A DNA stretch of 63,009 nt, counting the filler, from Octopus bimaculoides (taxonomy: Eukaryota): the NCBI RefSeq assembly GCF_001194135.2. It is 6 parts of 5 records of this genome, joined end to end, with 100 filler letters (N's around TTAATTAATTAA, not from the genome) between each part and the next. Parts side by side here need not be neighbours in the genome. Positions count along the whole stretch, not along the records: positions 1 to 24,760 come from NC_068990.1; 5 more parts are not named here. One strand, 5' to 3'. Within the stretch, counting starts at the first letter, position 1. Each line of letters starts with the position of its first letter. The notes under the pieces are model-generated. The model ran no database searches. It saw nothing but the letters and a program-made list of their open reading frames with translations, and had not been told where the DNA came from. The translations under genes were made by a program, and so were the position numbers. Positions 1 to 14,090 of this stretch are shown here, piece by piece.

Positions 1-37
<37 letters not shown>

Positions 38-52
38 TATATATATGATATA

Positions 53-295
53 TTTGGTAGACAGAAACTGAAAGAAGCCCGTCGTACATACATATATGTA
101 TGTATGTATGTATATGTTTGTGTGTCTGTATTTGTCTCCACACCATCGTCCCCGTAACTTGGCGGTTCTGCAAAAAAGACCGATAGAATAAGTACTAGGC
201 TTGCAAAGAATAAGTCCTGGGTTCGATTTGCTCGGCTACAGACGGTGCTCCAGCATGGCCGCAGTCAAATGACTGAAACAAATAAAAGAATAACA
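53..295 (+). mobile_element. 3' half of a CORE-like SINE family that carries an internal microsatellite (here called family C)
   Basis: tttggtagacagaaactgaaagaagcccgtcg, then (TATG)n, then gaccgatagaataagtactaggctt...ggtgctccagcatggccgcagtcaaatgactgaaacaa. The same blocks recur at 1430-1625, 16143-16545, 41240-41305 and inverted at 60500-60660. Confidence 0.75.
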
Positions 296-420
296 GAATA
301 TACATATACATACATGCATGCATGCATACATACACACTTCCATACATACACACTTACATACATACACACATACATGCATACATGCACACATACATTCATA
401 CATACACACATACGTACGTA

Positions 421-946
421 AATGATTTAGGATAAAGATGAGAAACTGTGAACATTTGTGGAAATCAGCTGCCCAGCGGATGTTAACATAAAGCTGAAGA
501 TCAGTGATAAAGAGAACACCCACGCTGAACTATTGAGAAATCTGAAGTTACTCTATCCAGATTACGAGTTCAGGTTTATAAATGTAACTAATTATTGGGG
601 CACTGGAATATGGTAACACACTGCCTAAATAGCAATCTTAAGAAATTAATCTTCTCAGAACCAGAAAGAAGAAAACTAATTCGAAGACAACTGATCCACT
701 TCGTCACTGGAATTGTAAAAATCTGTAAAACTTTCCAGAAGTTTATTATTTAAATATATATCAGCATGTCTTGATATGCAACTATTTGCATAAGAATACA
801 CATACAAATCTGCACATATACATACATACAAACAAACAAAAATACTCTGTTATTGATGTTGAGATTTCAATGAATGAGCCTTGGATCTAGGTTAGAAACC
901 GGCTCTTTCTCTATTGGCAATAAATATTGAAATAAAACTGAACAAT
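421..946 (+). mobile_element. 5'-truncated RLE-type (R4/Dong-like) LINE: C-terminal endonuclease remnant (422-753, with stops and frameshifts) plus 3' UTR
   Basis: Translation MI*DKDEKL*TFVEISCPADVNIKLKISDKENTHAELLRNLKLLYPDYEFRF, frameshift to IIGALEY, ending RKLIRRQLIHFVTGIVKICKTFQKFII*. Matches the (D/E)xxCP..K...K..Y..L and IIGALG pattern of R4-clade restriction-like endonuclease domains. Confidence 0.8.
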
Positions 947-1320
947 CATATACATACGTACATACATACATACATACATACATACTAATATACATACATG
1001 CATACATACATACATACATACATGAATGCACGCATACATACATACATACATAAATACATATATGCATGCATGCATACATACAAACATACATACATACATA
1101 CATACATGCATATGCAAGCATACATGCATACATACACACGCATACATACATGCATGCATATATACATACATACATACATACATAAAGACATACATACATA
1201 CATAAATACATACATACATGCACACATACACGCGAACATATACATGCATGCATTTATACATACATACATAGACGTACATACATACATACATACATACATA
1301 CATACATACATACATACACA
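947..1320. repeat. (CATA)n/(TACA)n microsatellite; sister tract at 298-420
   Basis: Imperfect tetranucleotide array read directly; source of the MYVC/HTYI ORFs. Confidence 0.95.
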
Positions 1321-1429
1321 CTTACTAGGGCCTGTAGAAACAACTCTCCTTCAGTCTTCAGAAGTAACCTTCTGCTGTCTTACGTATCAATATATGCGTA
1401 CACAAGTGTGTGTGGGTAAGTGTGCATGA

Positions 1430-1620
1430 ATGTATGTATGTGCATATGTCTGCATTTGTGCTTATTATCCTGCGCCACTTCGCAAACGATGGTGGCTTGT
1501 TTTAGCCCCGGTAACTAGCAGTTCGGTAAGAGTGTCCGATAAAATATGTACAGTGTTTCAACACTGTGGCTATGCACTCCAGCATGGCCACGGCCCAATG
1601 GCAGAAACAAGCGTAGAATA

Positions 1621-1625
<5 letters not shown>
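1430..1625 (+). mobile_element. Degenerate 3' part of family C SINE
   Basis: ccccggtaact...gttcggtaagag...ccgataaaat...ctccagcatggccacggcccaatggcagaaacaag, similar to 150-290. Confidence 0.6.
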
Positions 1626-4425
<2,800 letters not shown>

Positions 4426-4519
4426 AAGGGATAGATGCTTTTCAAACCTTTAATGCCACCACAATATATATGCACCGTCTGTCGCCAATAAGAATATCTA
4501 TTATTGGTTTAGAGAGAAA

Positions 4520-5092
4520 CCAGGGGAAGAGTGAGAGAGAGGGGGGAAGAGAGAGAGGGAGGGAGAGAGAGAAAGAGAGAGAGAGGGAGAGAGAGAAATG
4601 GATAAAGGTTGTGATAGATACAGACGGTGTAAAAATATGAAACAGAGAGAGAAAGACTAATAGATTAAGACAGAGAGAGAAAACGAGAGAGAGAGAGAGG
4701 TAATGATAGAGGTAGATGATGTATGGGTATGCGACAGAGAGAGAGCGAGAGGAAGAGAAAGAAACTTATAGAGAGCGAGGGTGAGACAGAGAGATATAGA
4801 ATAGAGAAGAGAGAGAGAGGGTGGGAGGCAGAGGGAGAGAGAGTGATAGAATAGTGAAGAGAGAGGTCGAGAGACAGAGAGAGCGATAGATAGAGAGAGA
4901 GAGAGCGATAGATAGATAGAGAGAGCGATAGGTAGATAGAGAGAGAGCGATAGATAGAGAGAGAGAGAGAGAGCGATAGAGAGAGAGAGAGCGATAGAGA
5001 GAGAGAGAGCAAGATAGATAGAGAGAGAGAGAGCGATAGAGAGAGAGAGAGAGCGATAGAGAGAGAATGAGAGCGATAGATAGAGAAAGAGC

Positions 5093-5124
<32 letters not shown>

Positions 5125-5152
5125 GCGATAGATAGATAGAGAGAGAGAGAGT

Positions 5153-5187
<35 letters not shown>

Positions 5188-5527
5188 CGATAAATAGATA
5201 GAGAGAGCGATAGATAGAGAGAGAGCGATAGATAGAGAGAGAGAGCGATAGATAGATAAAGAGAGCGATAGATAGATAGAGAGAGCGATAGATAGAGAGA
5301 GAGAGCGATAGATAGAGAGAGAGAGAGCGATAGATAGAGAGAGAGAGTGATAGATAGAGAGAGAGAGAGCGGTGACAGATACAGACAGCATATGAGTATG
5401 AAATAAAAGAGAGGATAAGACAGATAGAGTAAGTCAGAGAGGGCGAGAGAGGGAGAGAGGGAGAGAAAGATAGCATAGAAAAGGGGGGGAAATAGTGTGT
5501 CTGTGTGTGAGAGAGAAAAAGAGACAC

Positions 5528-5561
<34 letters not shown>

Positions 5562-5746
5562 GAGTGCGAAATGGAGAAAAGGAAGACACCGAGCGAGTAA
5601 GTGAGAGAAGGAGCGGAGAGAGGGAGCAAAGAGAGAGAGAGAAAGAAACGATAATGTAAAGAGAAATAGAGAGATAGTGAGAGAGAATAGAGAGATAGTG
5701 AGAGAGAATAGAGAGATAGTGAGAGAGAACAGAGAGATAGTGAGAG

Positions 5747-5790
<44 letters not shown>
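4520..5790. repeat. Polypurine (GA)n/(GATA)n compound repeat with GAGAGAGCGATAGATA-like units (about 4875-5375) and GAGAGAATAGAGAGATAGT 19-mers (about 5660-5760)
   Basis: Direct reading; explains the SLSLSI ORFs. Confidence 0.9.
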
Positions 5791-5794
<4 letters not shown>

Positions 5795-6329
5795 GGTGAG
5801 AGAGAACCAGATGTAGGTTCTGTGTGAGTATGTGTGTAAGTAAACAGTTGCAATGTCTGTAAGTCTCTTATGCTGGCACGGTGCCAATGAAATACTGCAT
5901 TGCGGCTATCTTCCTACCTGTTGTAGTCACTGCAGTAGTGATTGTTGCTGCTGCTGCTGTTGTTGTTGTAATTGTTGTTGTTATTGTTGTTGTCGTGGTG
6001 GTGGTGGTGGTGGTTGTTTGGTGCTGGTATTAAACAGTAGTACATTTTACCACCTCTTCCTCATATACAGGCTTCACCTTGTTTAATAACTATTTGAATT
6101 AGCTTGACGACGTAAAAATACTACCACCGCAACCATCACATCAACAATACTGTGCCATTAACATCACCACCACCACCACCACCACCCCCAACACCACCAC
6201 CGCTACCACCAACACCACTAACACTACAGACGCCACTAGTACCGCGCTCCACTCACAAGCACTACAAAACACCAGTCCACCCACGAACACCACTAAGGAC
6301 ACCATCAACACCTACGGGTTCTGCATTAT

Positions 6330-7068
6330 GTGGTCACTTGACTTGCTAGTAATAGCAGCTAAATCTGCAACTCTCCTTCAGCTAATTTCCTAGAAAAAGG
6401 ACACGTTGTTTATTTAAGGTGCTCTTAAGGTCCCTGTGCATAGCAAAACAAATTAAAGAATAGATGGCTTGGTCACGGTTGGGATGTTTTTGATCGTAGG
6501 TTCGTCTGTTTGGTGAGAGCTGATCTGGGGCTAAACAGCTACAATACCAGTAATACCCCTAGCAGAAACAACACCGACACCATTTGAGCCGAGAAAGGAG
6601 TTAATACATTGTCACCTGACCTGCTAGAAATAGCAGATAAACCTCTCTTGAATCACACCTAGCTGTCTTAGAAAATGATAGTTTTGAGTAATGTAGTACT
6701 GAGGTCTTTGCATATATGAAAAAGACGGAATGGTCACGGCTGGATGGGGGTTTATCTAGGGCCAGATAACAACACCAACGACAATACACTCAAATCCACC
6801 CCCACGTCACACCTAACATATCCACTTCACCTCCAACGACTTGAGAGGTAACCTTAACGTGGCCATTTGGCTTGCGAGAAATAGCAGCCAAGTTTCCCTT
6901 AAATCATATCTACCATCGGAAAAATGACATCTATGTCTACAGCTAGATACTTGTTGTCTGAAACAACTAAATAAATAAATGAATAAATGTTTGGATGGTC
7001 ATTCATGGAACGCTTTTGGTCATAGATCTGCTCCGCCCGGGCCGATCGACCTTGGGCTAAACAATAAT
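6330..7068 (+). repeat. Three diverged head-to-tail copies (about 6330-6540, 6610-6775, 6859-7068) of an interspersed ~200-bp repeat (family D); further copies at about 15345-15530 and 52660-53080
   Basis: Shared blocks gtggtca..gacctgctagaaatagcagc, ggatggtcacggctgg and ggggctaaacaa in each copy. Confidence 0.7.
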
Positions 7069-7238
7069 GACAGTCCCATCACTTAGAAATAACAACATCA
7101 TCACCAATTTCAATACGAATGCATTTCCAATCAACAATACCAACACCTCAAACAATACCTTTTCTTAGATCAACAAGACAAACCAGCGAAGGTCCTTTTT
7201 CGTGCGAGAAATAGCAGCATCTGCTATCTGCAAAACAT

Positions 7239-7546
7239 GGCACGCCGTCGGTTACGATGATAAGGATTCCAGCTGATCCGATCAACGGAACAGCCTGCTC
7301 GTGAAATTAACGTGCAAAATGGCTGAGCACTGCCCAGACACGCGTACCCTTAAGGTAGTTCTCAGGGAGATTCATCGTGACACAGAGTGTGACAAGGCTG
7401 GCCCCTTGAAATACAGGTACAACTCATTTTGCCGGCTGAGTGGACTGGAGCAACGTGAAATAAAAGACACAATGCGCACCTGGTAATCGAACTCACATCC
7501 TTTCGATCATGAGCCGAATATCCTAACAACTAAGCCACGCGCCTTC
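7239..7546 (-). mobile_element. tRNA-derived CORE-like SINE (family B)
   Basis: Minus strand: gaaggcgcgtggcttagt (A-box), gagttcgattacc (B-box), tttatttcacgttgctccagtccactcagc central block, and the tail ending cgtaaccgacggcgtgcc. Homologous to 16689-17010. Confidence 0.85.
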
Positions 7547-7689
7547 GCCTTTTGCAAAGAAGGCGATATATTGAATAATGTAGTCCTGTATACACTATAC
7601 TTTAAAAATGGATGATCACTGTTGGAATTCTTTTTGACCAGAACTGTTCTGGAATGAGTGGGGAATTTTAAACGACATCTACAGTAATA

Positions 7690-8115
7690 GTTTCAAATTT
7701 TGGCAAACGATAGAAGATTTTGAAGGGTGGGGAAGTCAATTACATCAACCTCTGTATTTGACTGGTACTTATTTTATCGACCCGAAAGGATGAAGAGCAA
7801 AGTCGACTTCGGCGAAATCTGAGCTCAGAACGTAGAAATGGACGATATACCGCTAAGCATTTTGTCTTGCGTGCTAACGATTCTTATTTCTTTATTGCCC
7901 ACAAGGGGCTAAACATAGTGGGTACAAACAAGGACAGACAAACGTATTAAGTCGATTATTTCGACCCCATTGCGTAACTGGTACTTAATTTATCGACCCC
8001 GAAAGGATAAAAGGCAAAGTCGACCTCGGCAGAATTTGAACTCAGAACGTAACGGCAGACGAAATACCGCTAAGCATTTCGCCCGGTGTGCTAACGTTTC
8101 TGCCAACTCGCCGCC
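7690..8115 (-). mobile_element. Two joined Meta-domain tRNA-SINEs: subfamily A (7881-8115) fused to a head-truncated copy (7690-7883)
   Basis: A-box tggcagaaacgttag, B-box gagttcaaattc, central gtcgactttgccttttatcctttcggggtcgataaattaagtacc block resembling the MetaSINE/Sauria-SINE Meta domain. Confidence 0.85.
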
Positions 8116-8179
8116 TTAACACCATCAATAATAATTACACGACCAAGAGCACCTATACAATATCAATAATGATAATTCT

Positions 8180-9960
8180 CTCTAATTTTGACACAAAACC
8201 AGCGCTCAACTGGTCCTTATTCTACCGACCCCGAAAGTGATAAACGGCAAAGTCAGCCTGGACAAAATTTGAACTCGTAGTATAAAGAGACGGAAGAGAT
8301 AACGCTAAGCATTTTCTCTGACGCGCTAACCATTCTGCCAAAATACACAAACAACAGAACCCATTCAATGAATCAGAAACTTATCATCAGTATCATCGTA
8401 ACTTTCAGCCCCATTGACGCCCATTGATACACAACAACACTGGACTGCCTCTTATCGTAGGTCTACTCGATAAGATTTCAACTTGGAGCTACAAAACAAC
8501 AAAATTACGGAAACCAATAAAAACTACAGGAATACCCTCAACTTAAAGTCAACCTTCTCCTCTCCCTGTTTTTTGTTAATGGTTCTACATTACCGGTTAG
8601 TAAGCCTTATAATCCTTTCTACATTACCGGTTAGTAAGCCTTATAATCCTTTCTACAACAGGCACAAGGCTTGAAATACTTTCTACTACAGGCAGAAGGC
8701 CTGAAAGTTCATGGGAGAGGGTCGATGTAATTCACTTCGAAAAGATAAAAGGCAAAATCGACCTGTACGGAATTCGATCGCAGAACGTAAAAGCAGAAAT
8801 ACGGCTAAGTATTTTGTCCTGCATGGTAGCGCTTCCGTCAGTTCTCCACCTTATAATAAATTCAGAATAATGGTGCACCTAATTCGGTCTGATTTTCAAC
8901 TCAAGACTCTCCAAACAGTTCCTGTCAATAAGCAGGTGCTAAGCGTTACTGTTCTACATTCTTTTGGACAATATCATGGAGATCAAATGAGTGATTTTGA
9001 GATCTGAGCAATCCTGAATTTTCGTACATACAGTCTTGTACCCCGAGACGTCACTTCTGAGCTATCATGAAAACGGCAAAAAAGGTGTAGAAATGGGATT
9101 GTCCACCTCGTGTTGGAGTGTAGCTTTAATCTTCATTGATCTGTTGAGACAAGTACCCCATTTCTCTTGACACAGCTGCGTGCCAAATGAAGTATGCGAT
9201 GAAAAGTATATGTATAGAATAGGGTTAATTGATAATTCTCTCTACTATAGGCCCAATGCCTGATAATTTATGGGGGCGGCCTTGTCGATTACATGGGACC
9301 CTAGTACTCGACTAGTACTCATACTATCGACCCCGAAATGATGAAAGGCGAAGTCGACATCGGTGGAATTTGAACTCAGAACGTAAAGCCGTACAAAACG
9401 CCGTTAAGCATTTTATCCGACACCAGATCGTCGACTTAGGATTAAATAACACTACTTTCTACTATCGGTACAAGGCCTGAAAGTTTTGGAGGAGGGGTCT
9501 AGTCGAATACATAGATCTCATGTATTCAATTAAGTACGTATATTATCGAATCCTTTCTGCTATAGACACAAGTCCTGGAATTTTTAAAGAGGGAGTTAGT
9601 CGATTATATCAACCCCAGTGCTTGACTGGTACGTGATTTAACAACTCGGAAAGGATGAAAGGTACGGTTAACCTCGGTGGAATTTGAGCTCAGAATGTAA
9701 AGAACGAAATGCCGCTAAACATTTTGTCCGGCGCTCTAACGATTCTGCCAGCTCGGTGCCTTGATTAAAATAGTAGTAATGCTTTTAGAGTTAGGCACGA
9801 GACCTGAAATTTTGAATGAAGGGATTAGTTGATTCCATCCATCTCAGAACTTGACTTACACTTTATATTATCGACCCCGATAGGATAAAAGACAAGGAGG
9901 ACTTTGATGGAATTCGAACTCAGAAAGTAAAAAGCCAGAACAAATACTGCAAAACATGTT
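8180..9960 (-). mobile_element. Cluster of diverged Meta-type SINE copies, all on the minus strand (about 8180-8340, 8651-8850, 9240-9430, 9458-9545, 9555-9765, 9790-9960)
   Basis: Repeated variants of tatcgaccccgaaaggatgaaaggcaaagtcgacctcggcggaatttgaactcagaacgta. Confidence 0.8.
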
Positions 9961-10014
9961 CGTTTTTCCGACGTTCAGTTCGCTGACCAAATAACCAACC
10001 AATATGAACTAAAC

Positions 10015-10435
10015 TGTTTTCTTCTCTAGGCACAAGGCACACAATTTTGGAGGAGGGGGCCAGTCGATTAGATCGACCCCAGTACGCAACTGGTACTTAA
10101 GTTATCGATTTGCCGGAAGGATGAAAGGCAATATCGACCTCGGCGGAATTTGAACTCAGAATATAAAAGACAGACGAATTACTGCTAAGCGTTTCGTCCG
10201 GCGTGCTAACGTTTCTGTCAGGCGAGCTGGCAGAATCGTTAGCACACCGAGTGAAGCGCTTAGCGGTATTTCGTCCGTCTGCACGTTCTGAGATCAAATA
10301 CCGCCAAGGTCGACTTTCCCTTTTATCCTTTCGAAGTTGATAAAATCAATACCAGTTGAACACTAGGGTTGATTTAATCGAGTTTCCCCTTCCTTGAAGT
10401 TGCTGGCTTTGTGCCTAAAATCTGAAGCCAATATG
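10015..10435. mobile_element. Head-to-head pair of Meta-type SINEs (minus 10015-10220, plus 10221-10435)
   Basis: gtgctaacgtttctgtca directly followed by ggcgagctggcagaatcgttagcac; both copies carry B-box and Meta block. Confidence 0.9.
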
Positions 10436-10499
10436 AAATAAAATAACGAGGGGGTTTCTACATGGCTAGATATTGCAGCCTAATATCCCTCAATTAATT

Positions 10500-11534
10500 A
10501 CTGTTACAACATCACCTTTATCACTACCATTACCATTGCTACCACCACTACTAGCCCCTACAATACTATCACTACCACTACTATTACCATTATTAACTTG
10601 CCACTGAACACCACCTTCGCAATCAGAATCATTCCCACTACTACCATCACCGTAAAAAACCACTACCATCACTACCAATACTACCACCACCACCACCACC
10701 ATCACCACCACCACTATCATCACCACCATCACCACCGCCGCCACTACAACTATTACTACTACTGCTTCTATTTTTGCTACTACCACCATCACCATTACCG
10801 CTACAAACAGTGTACGGACAACTACCACCACCACTACAACAACCACAACCACTTACCACCATGACAACCACCACCACCATCATCATCCTCATTTTCCCTC
10901 CCACCACCATCACCACCACCACTACCACCATCACCACCACTACCACTACCACCATCAAAACCACCACCACCATCATCATCTTCGTTTCCCTTCCCACCAC
11001 CACTACTACCATCACAACCACTACCACCACCATCATCCCACCACTGCCACTACTACCATCACTGCCACCACCACCACCATCACCACCACCATCACCACCA
11101 CGACTAGCACCACCACTGCCACCACCACCAGGTATACCGCTTCTTGTACAAGCAAGAGCAAAGGCATTAATGCCACCACACAGCAACCACTACAAGTACT
11201 GCCACAATTACTCTACTAGCACATTAACACTAACACACCAGGAGTTTCACTACCACCAATTGTAGTACTAACGCCACCACTAGTACTACAGCCAGCACCA
11301 CCACTGTACACACGTACCACTATTAAACCCACCAACGTCACTACTACATCACCAGTATCACCAGCACCACAACTATCGCCAACACTATACTAACAGAACC
11401 ACTACAACAACCGTCAATACAATCACTATACCACTAGCTAACTACTACTACTACTACTACAACTATGAATAACAACACTACTGCTACCACCACCACCACC
11501 ACCACTACTACTACTATCACTACTGCTGCTGCAG

Positions 11535-11585
<51 letters not shown>

Positions 11586-11757
11586 AGCCACCGGTACCAC
11601 AATTACTTCCACCAGTATACCACCAGGACCACTGTTATCAGTATACCATCACTCTACTATCAATACCCCTGCCTATACCATTAGTAATATTACTTCTACA
11701 ACCACCGTACTGTCACAGCTACTACTACTACAACTGCTACTACTACTACCACAACTT

Positions 11758-11798
<41 letters not shown>

Positions 11799-11924
11799 GC
11801 TGCTGCTGCTTCTGCTGCTAGCATCAGTGCTACCGTCACCAGTATTCACCATTAGTACCACTACTACTACTACAATCAATACAACCACTATACTGCTAGC
11901 ATTACTACTACTACTACTACTACT

Positions 11925-12006
<82 letters not shown>

Positions 12007-12330
12007 TCTCTGCACCACTACAGCTACCACAACCAATGTCTCTCCTATACCCCCTGCACGATAACTACTACCTCCTCTACTACCAGTTCCACTACAGTGC
12101 CCTCACTTCCAACATCATTATACCACCAGCATTACTACGACAACCACTCTACGAATATGCCTCATTACTACAATTATAAATAGCCCCGGTATATCACTGG
12201 TACCACTCCTACTAACTCTAATACCGTTAGAGTCTAACGCCGTCAACAATACCACCACCACGATACTGTCACACCTACTAATGCTACCTAAACCATTAAT
12301 ATACCACCAGCACCATCCCAACCAACATCA
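10500..12330. repeat. Cryptic trinucleotide low-complexity region (CAC/TAC/CAT/ACT)n with a (CT)n tract at about 11930-12010
   Basis: Direct reading; homopolymeric T/H/P/V/Y peptides appear in all frames. Confidence 0.9.
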
Positions 12331-12339
12331 ATACCGCAA

Positions 12340-12545
12340 GGGGGTGAGCTGGCAGAATCATTAGCACGCCGAGCCAAATGCTTAGCGGCATTTCGTCCGT
12401 CTTTACGTTCTGAGTTCAAATCCTACCGAGGTCGACTTCGCCCTTCATCCTTTTCAGGTTGATAAAATAAGTGCCAGTAATAAGTACCAGTCGAGTCCCC
12501 TCCCACGAAATTGCTGGCCTTCTGCCAAAGGTTGAAACCAACACT
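12340..12545 (+). mobile_element. Meta-type tRNA-SINE
   Basis: gagctggcagaatcattagcacgccgag...ttctgagttcaaatcc...gtcgacttcgcccttcatccttt...ttgctggccttctgccaaaggttgaaacc. Confidence 0.9.
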
Positions 12546-12695
12546 AATCCAACGAATATCCCTACTACCACCACCAAAGCCACCACCACTAATACCACGA
12601 CTGATACCATCACTATAGCACCAGCACCGATACTATCCTCACCATTGTACGTCAGCTGCACGCTGTAACCATCAATATTAGCACTATATCAAGTC

Positions 12696-13120
12696 GGCGA
12701 GCTGGCAGAAACGTTAGCACGCCGAGCGAAATGCTTAGTGTTACTTCGTCTGCCTATACGTTCAGAGTTCAAATTCCGTCAAGGTCGACTTTGCCTTTCA
12801 TCCTTTCGGTGTCGATTGATTAAGTACCAGTTATGCATTGGGGTCGATATAATCGACTTAATCCGTTTTTCCTTGTTTGTCCCCTCTGTGTAGCCCCTTG
12901 TGGACAGTAAAGAAATAAGAAACGTTAGCATCCCTGGCGAAATGCTTAGCGGTACTTCGTCTGTCGTTGCGTTGAGTTCAAATTCCACCGGGGTTGACTT
13001 TGCCTTTCAACCTTTCGGGGTCGATAAATTAAGTACCAGTTGCGTACTGAGGTCGATCTAATCGACTGGCCCCCTCCCCGAAAATTTCGGGCCTCGTGCC
13101 TAGAGTAGAACAGAATATTA
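12696..13120 (+). mobile_element. Joined Meta-type SINE pair: subfamily A (12696-12921) plus head-truncated copy (12922-13120)
   Basis: Junction agaaataagaa|acgttagca; the second unit ends gtgcctagagtagaacagaatatta. Confidence 0.9.
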
Positions 13121-13835
13121 GTATTATATCACAACATCACGAATACTAACAAAACCAACATGTATAACCACACCCTGTATAGTAATCGTAACTACTACTG
13201 TATGTACTTCATCATCAGATGCACAACTCTAGTAGCATCACACACTTAAACACAGCTCTGAATTAGTCTTACAGACCCAAGTCTTTTTCAGGGCCATCAC
13301 AATACGACTATGAATCACTTTATGAGAGACGGATTAAATTCCATCGCCCTAAATCTGCAGCACCTCTGCATTTCAATGCCCTACCGAACTACCTGAAAAG
13401 AATTTCAAATCTGTCCCACTGCAGACCAGGGCTTGCTTCTGTTACATAATCAACTGTGCTTCACCACTGACTCACTCAGTCGATACAACCCCAATATTTT
13501 AAAACACGGAACAGCAATTCATTAGCGACTCAGGGCGAAATCAGAACCAACCCAACACCCTTTGAACCCCATTTCGGATTTTGCACAACACTGCATTCTC
13601 TGCAATATCTCCTAAGCACAACACCAATGCAGGATTATCCCACAGCACTACCTCCCCAACAACAATATTTCGCAACCACAGCACTAACACAACACTGACA
13701 CAACGCTGCTCCACAACACCAACACAACGCCACTTCACAACACTACCACTCAACCACACCGCGTAACAACAACACTAATACAGCACTATCCCAAAGCACT
13801 AACACAATATATCCCCACAGCACTAACGCGACACC

Positions 13836-14090
13836 GCCCCACAAAACTGTTATACAAAACTGTTATACAAAACTGCTCCACAAAACTACACCACAATACT
13901 GCCCCATAAAACTGCCCCACAACACTGCCCCCACAAAACTGTCCCACAAAATTGCCCCACATAATTACCCCATAAAACTGCCCCACAAAACTGCACCACA
14001 AAACTGCACCGCAAAACTGCACCAACAATACTACATTACAACACTGTCCCACAACACTACCTCGCAGCATTGTCCCACAACACTGTCTCC
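13836..14090. repeat. ~13-bp minisatellite CCCCACAAAACTG (degenerate) inside a C/A-rich low-complexity tract
   Basis: Repeated ccccacaaaactg, caccacaaaactg and tcccacaacactg units. Confidence 0.8.

Noticed and set aside
6330-10220. CRISPR-like repeat-spacer arrangement
   Set aside because: Units are ~200-bp diverged SINE or repeat copies in a eukaryotic context, not short identical repeats with regular spacers.
10490-12330. Mucin-like or poly-Thr/His/Pro/Val ORFs
   Set aside because: Trinucleotide low-complexity DNA open in most frames, flanked by SINEs, with no splice or domain evidence.
13330-13435. CR1-like C-terminus (APLHFNALPNYLK)
   Set aside because: A single short motif match without support on either side.
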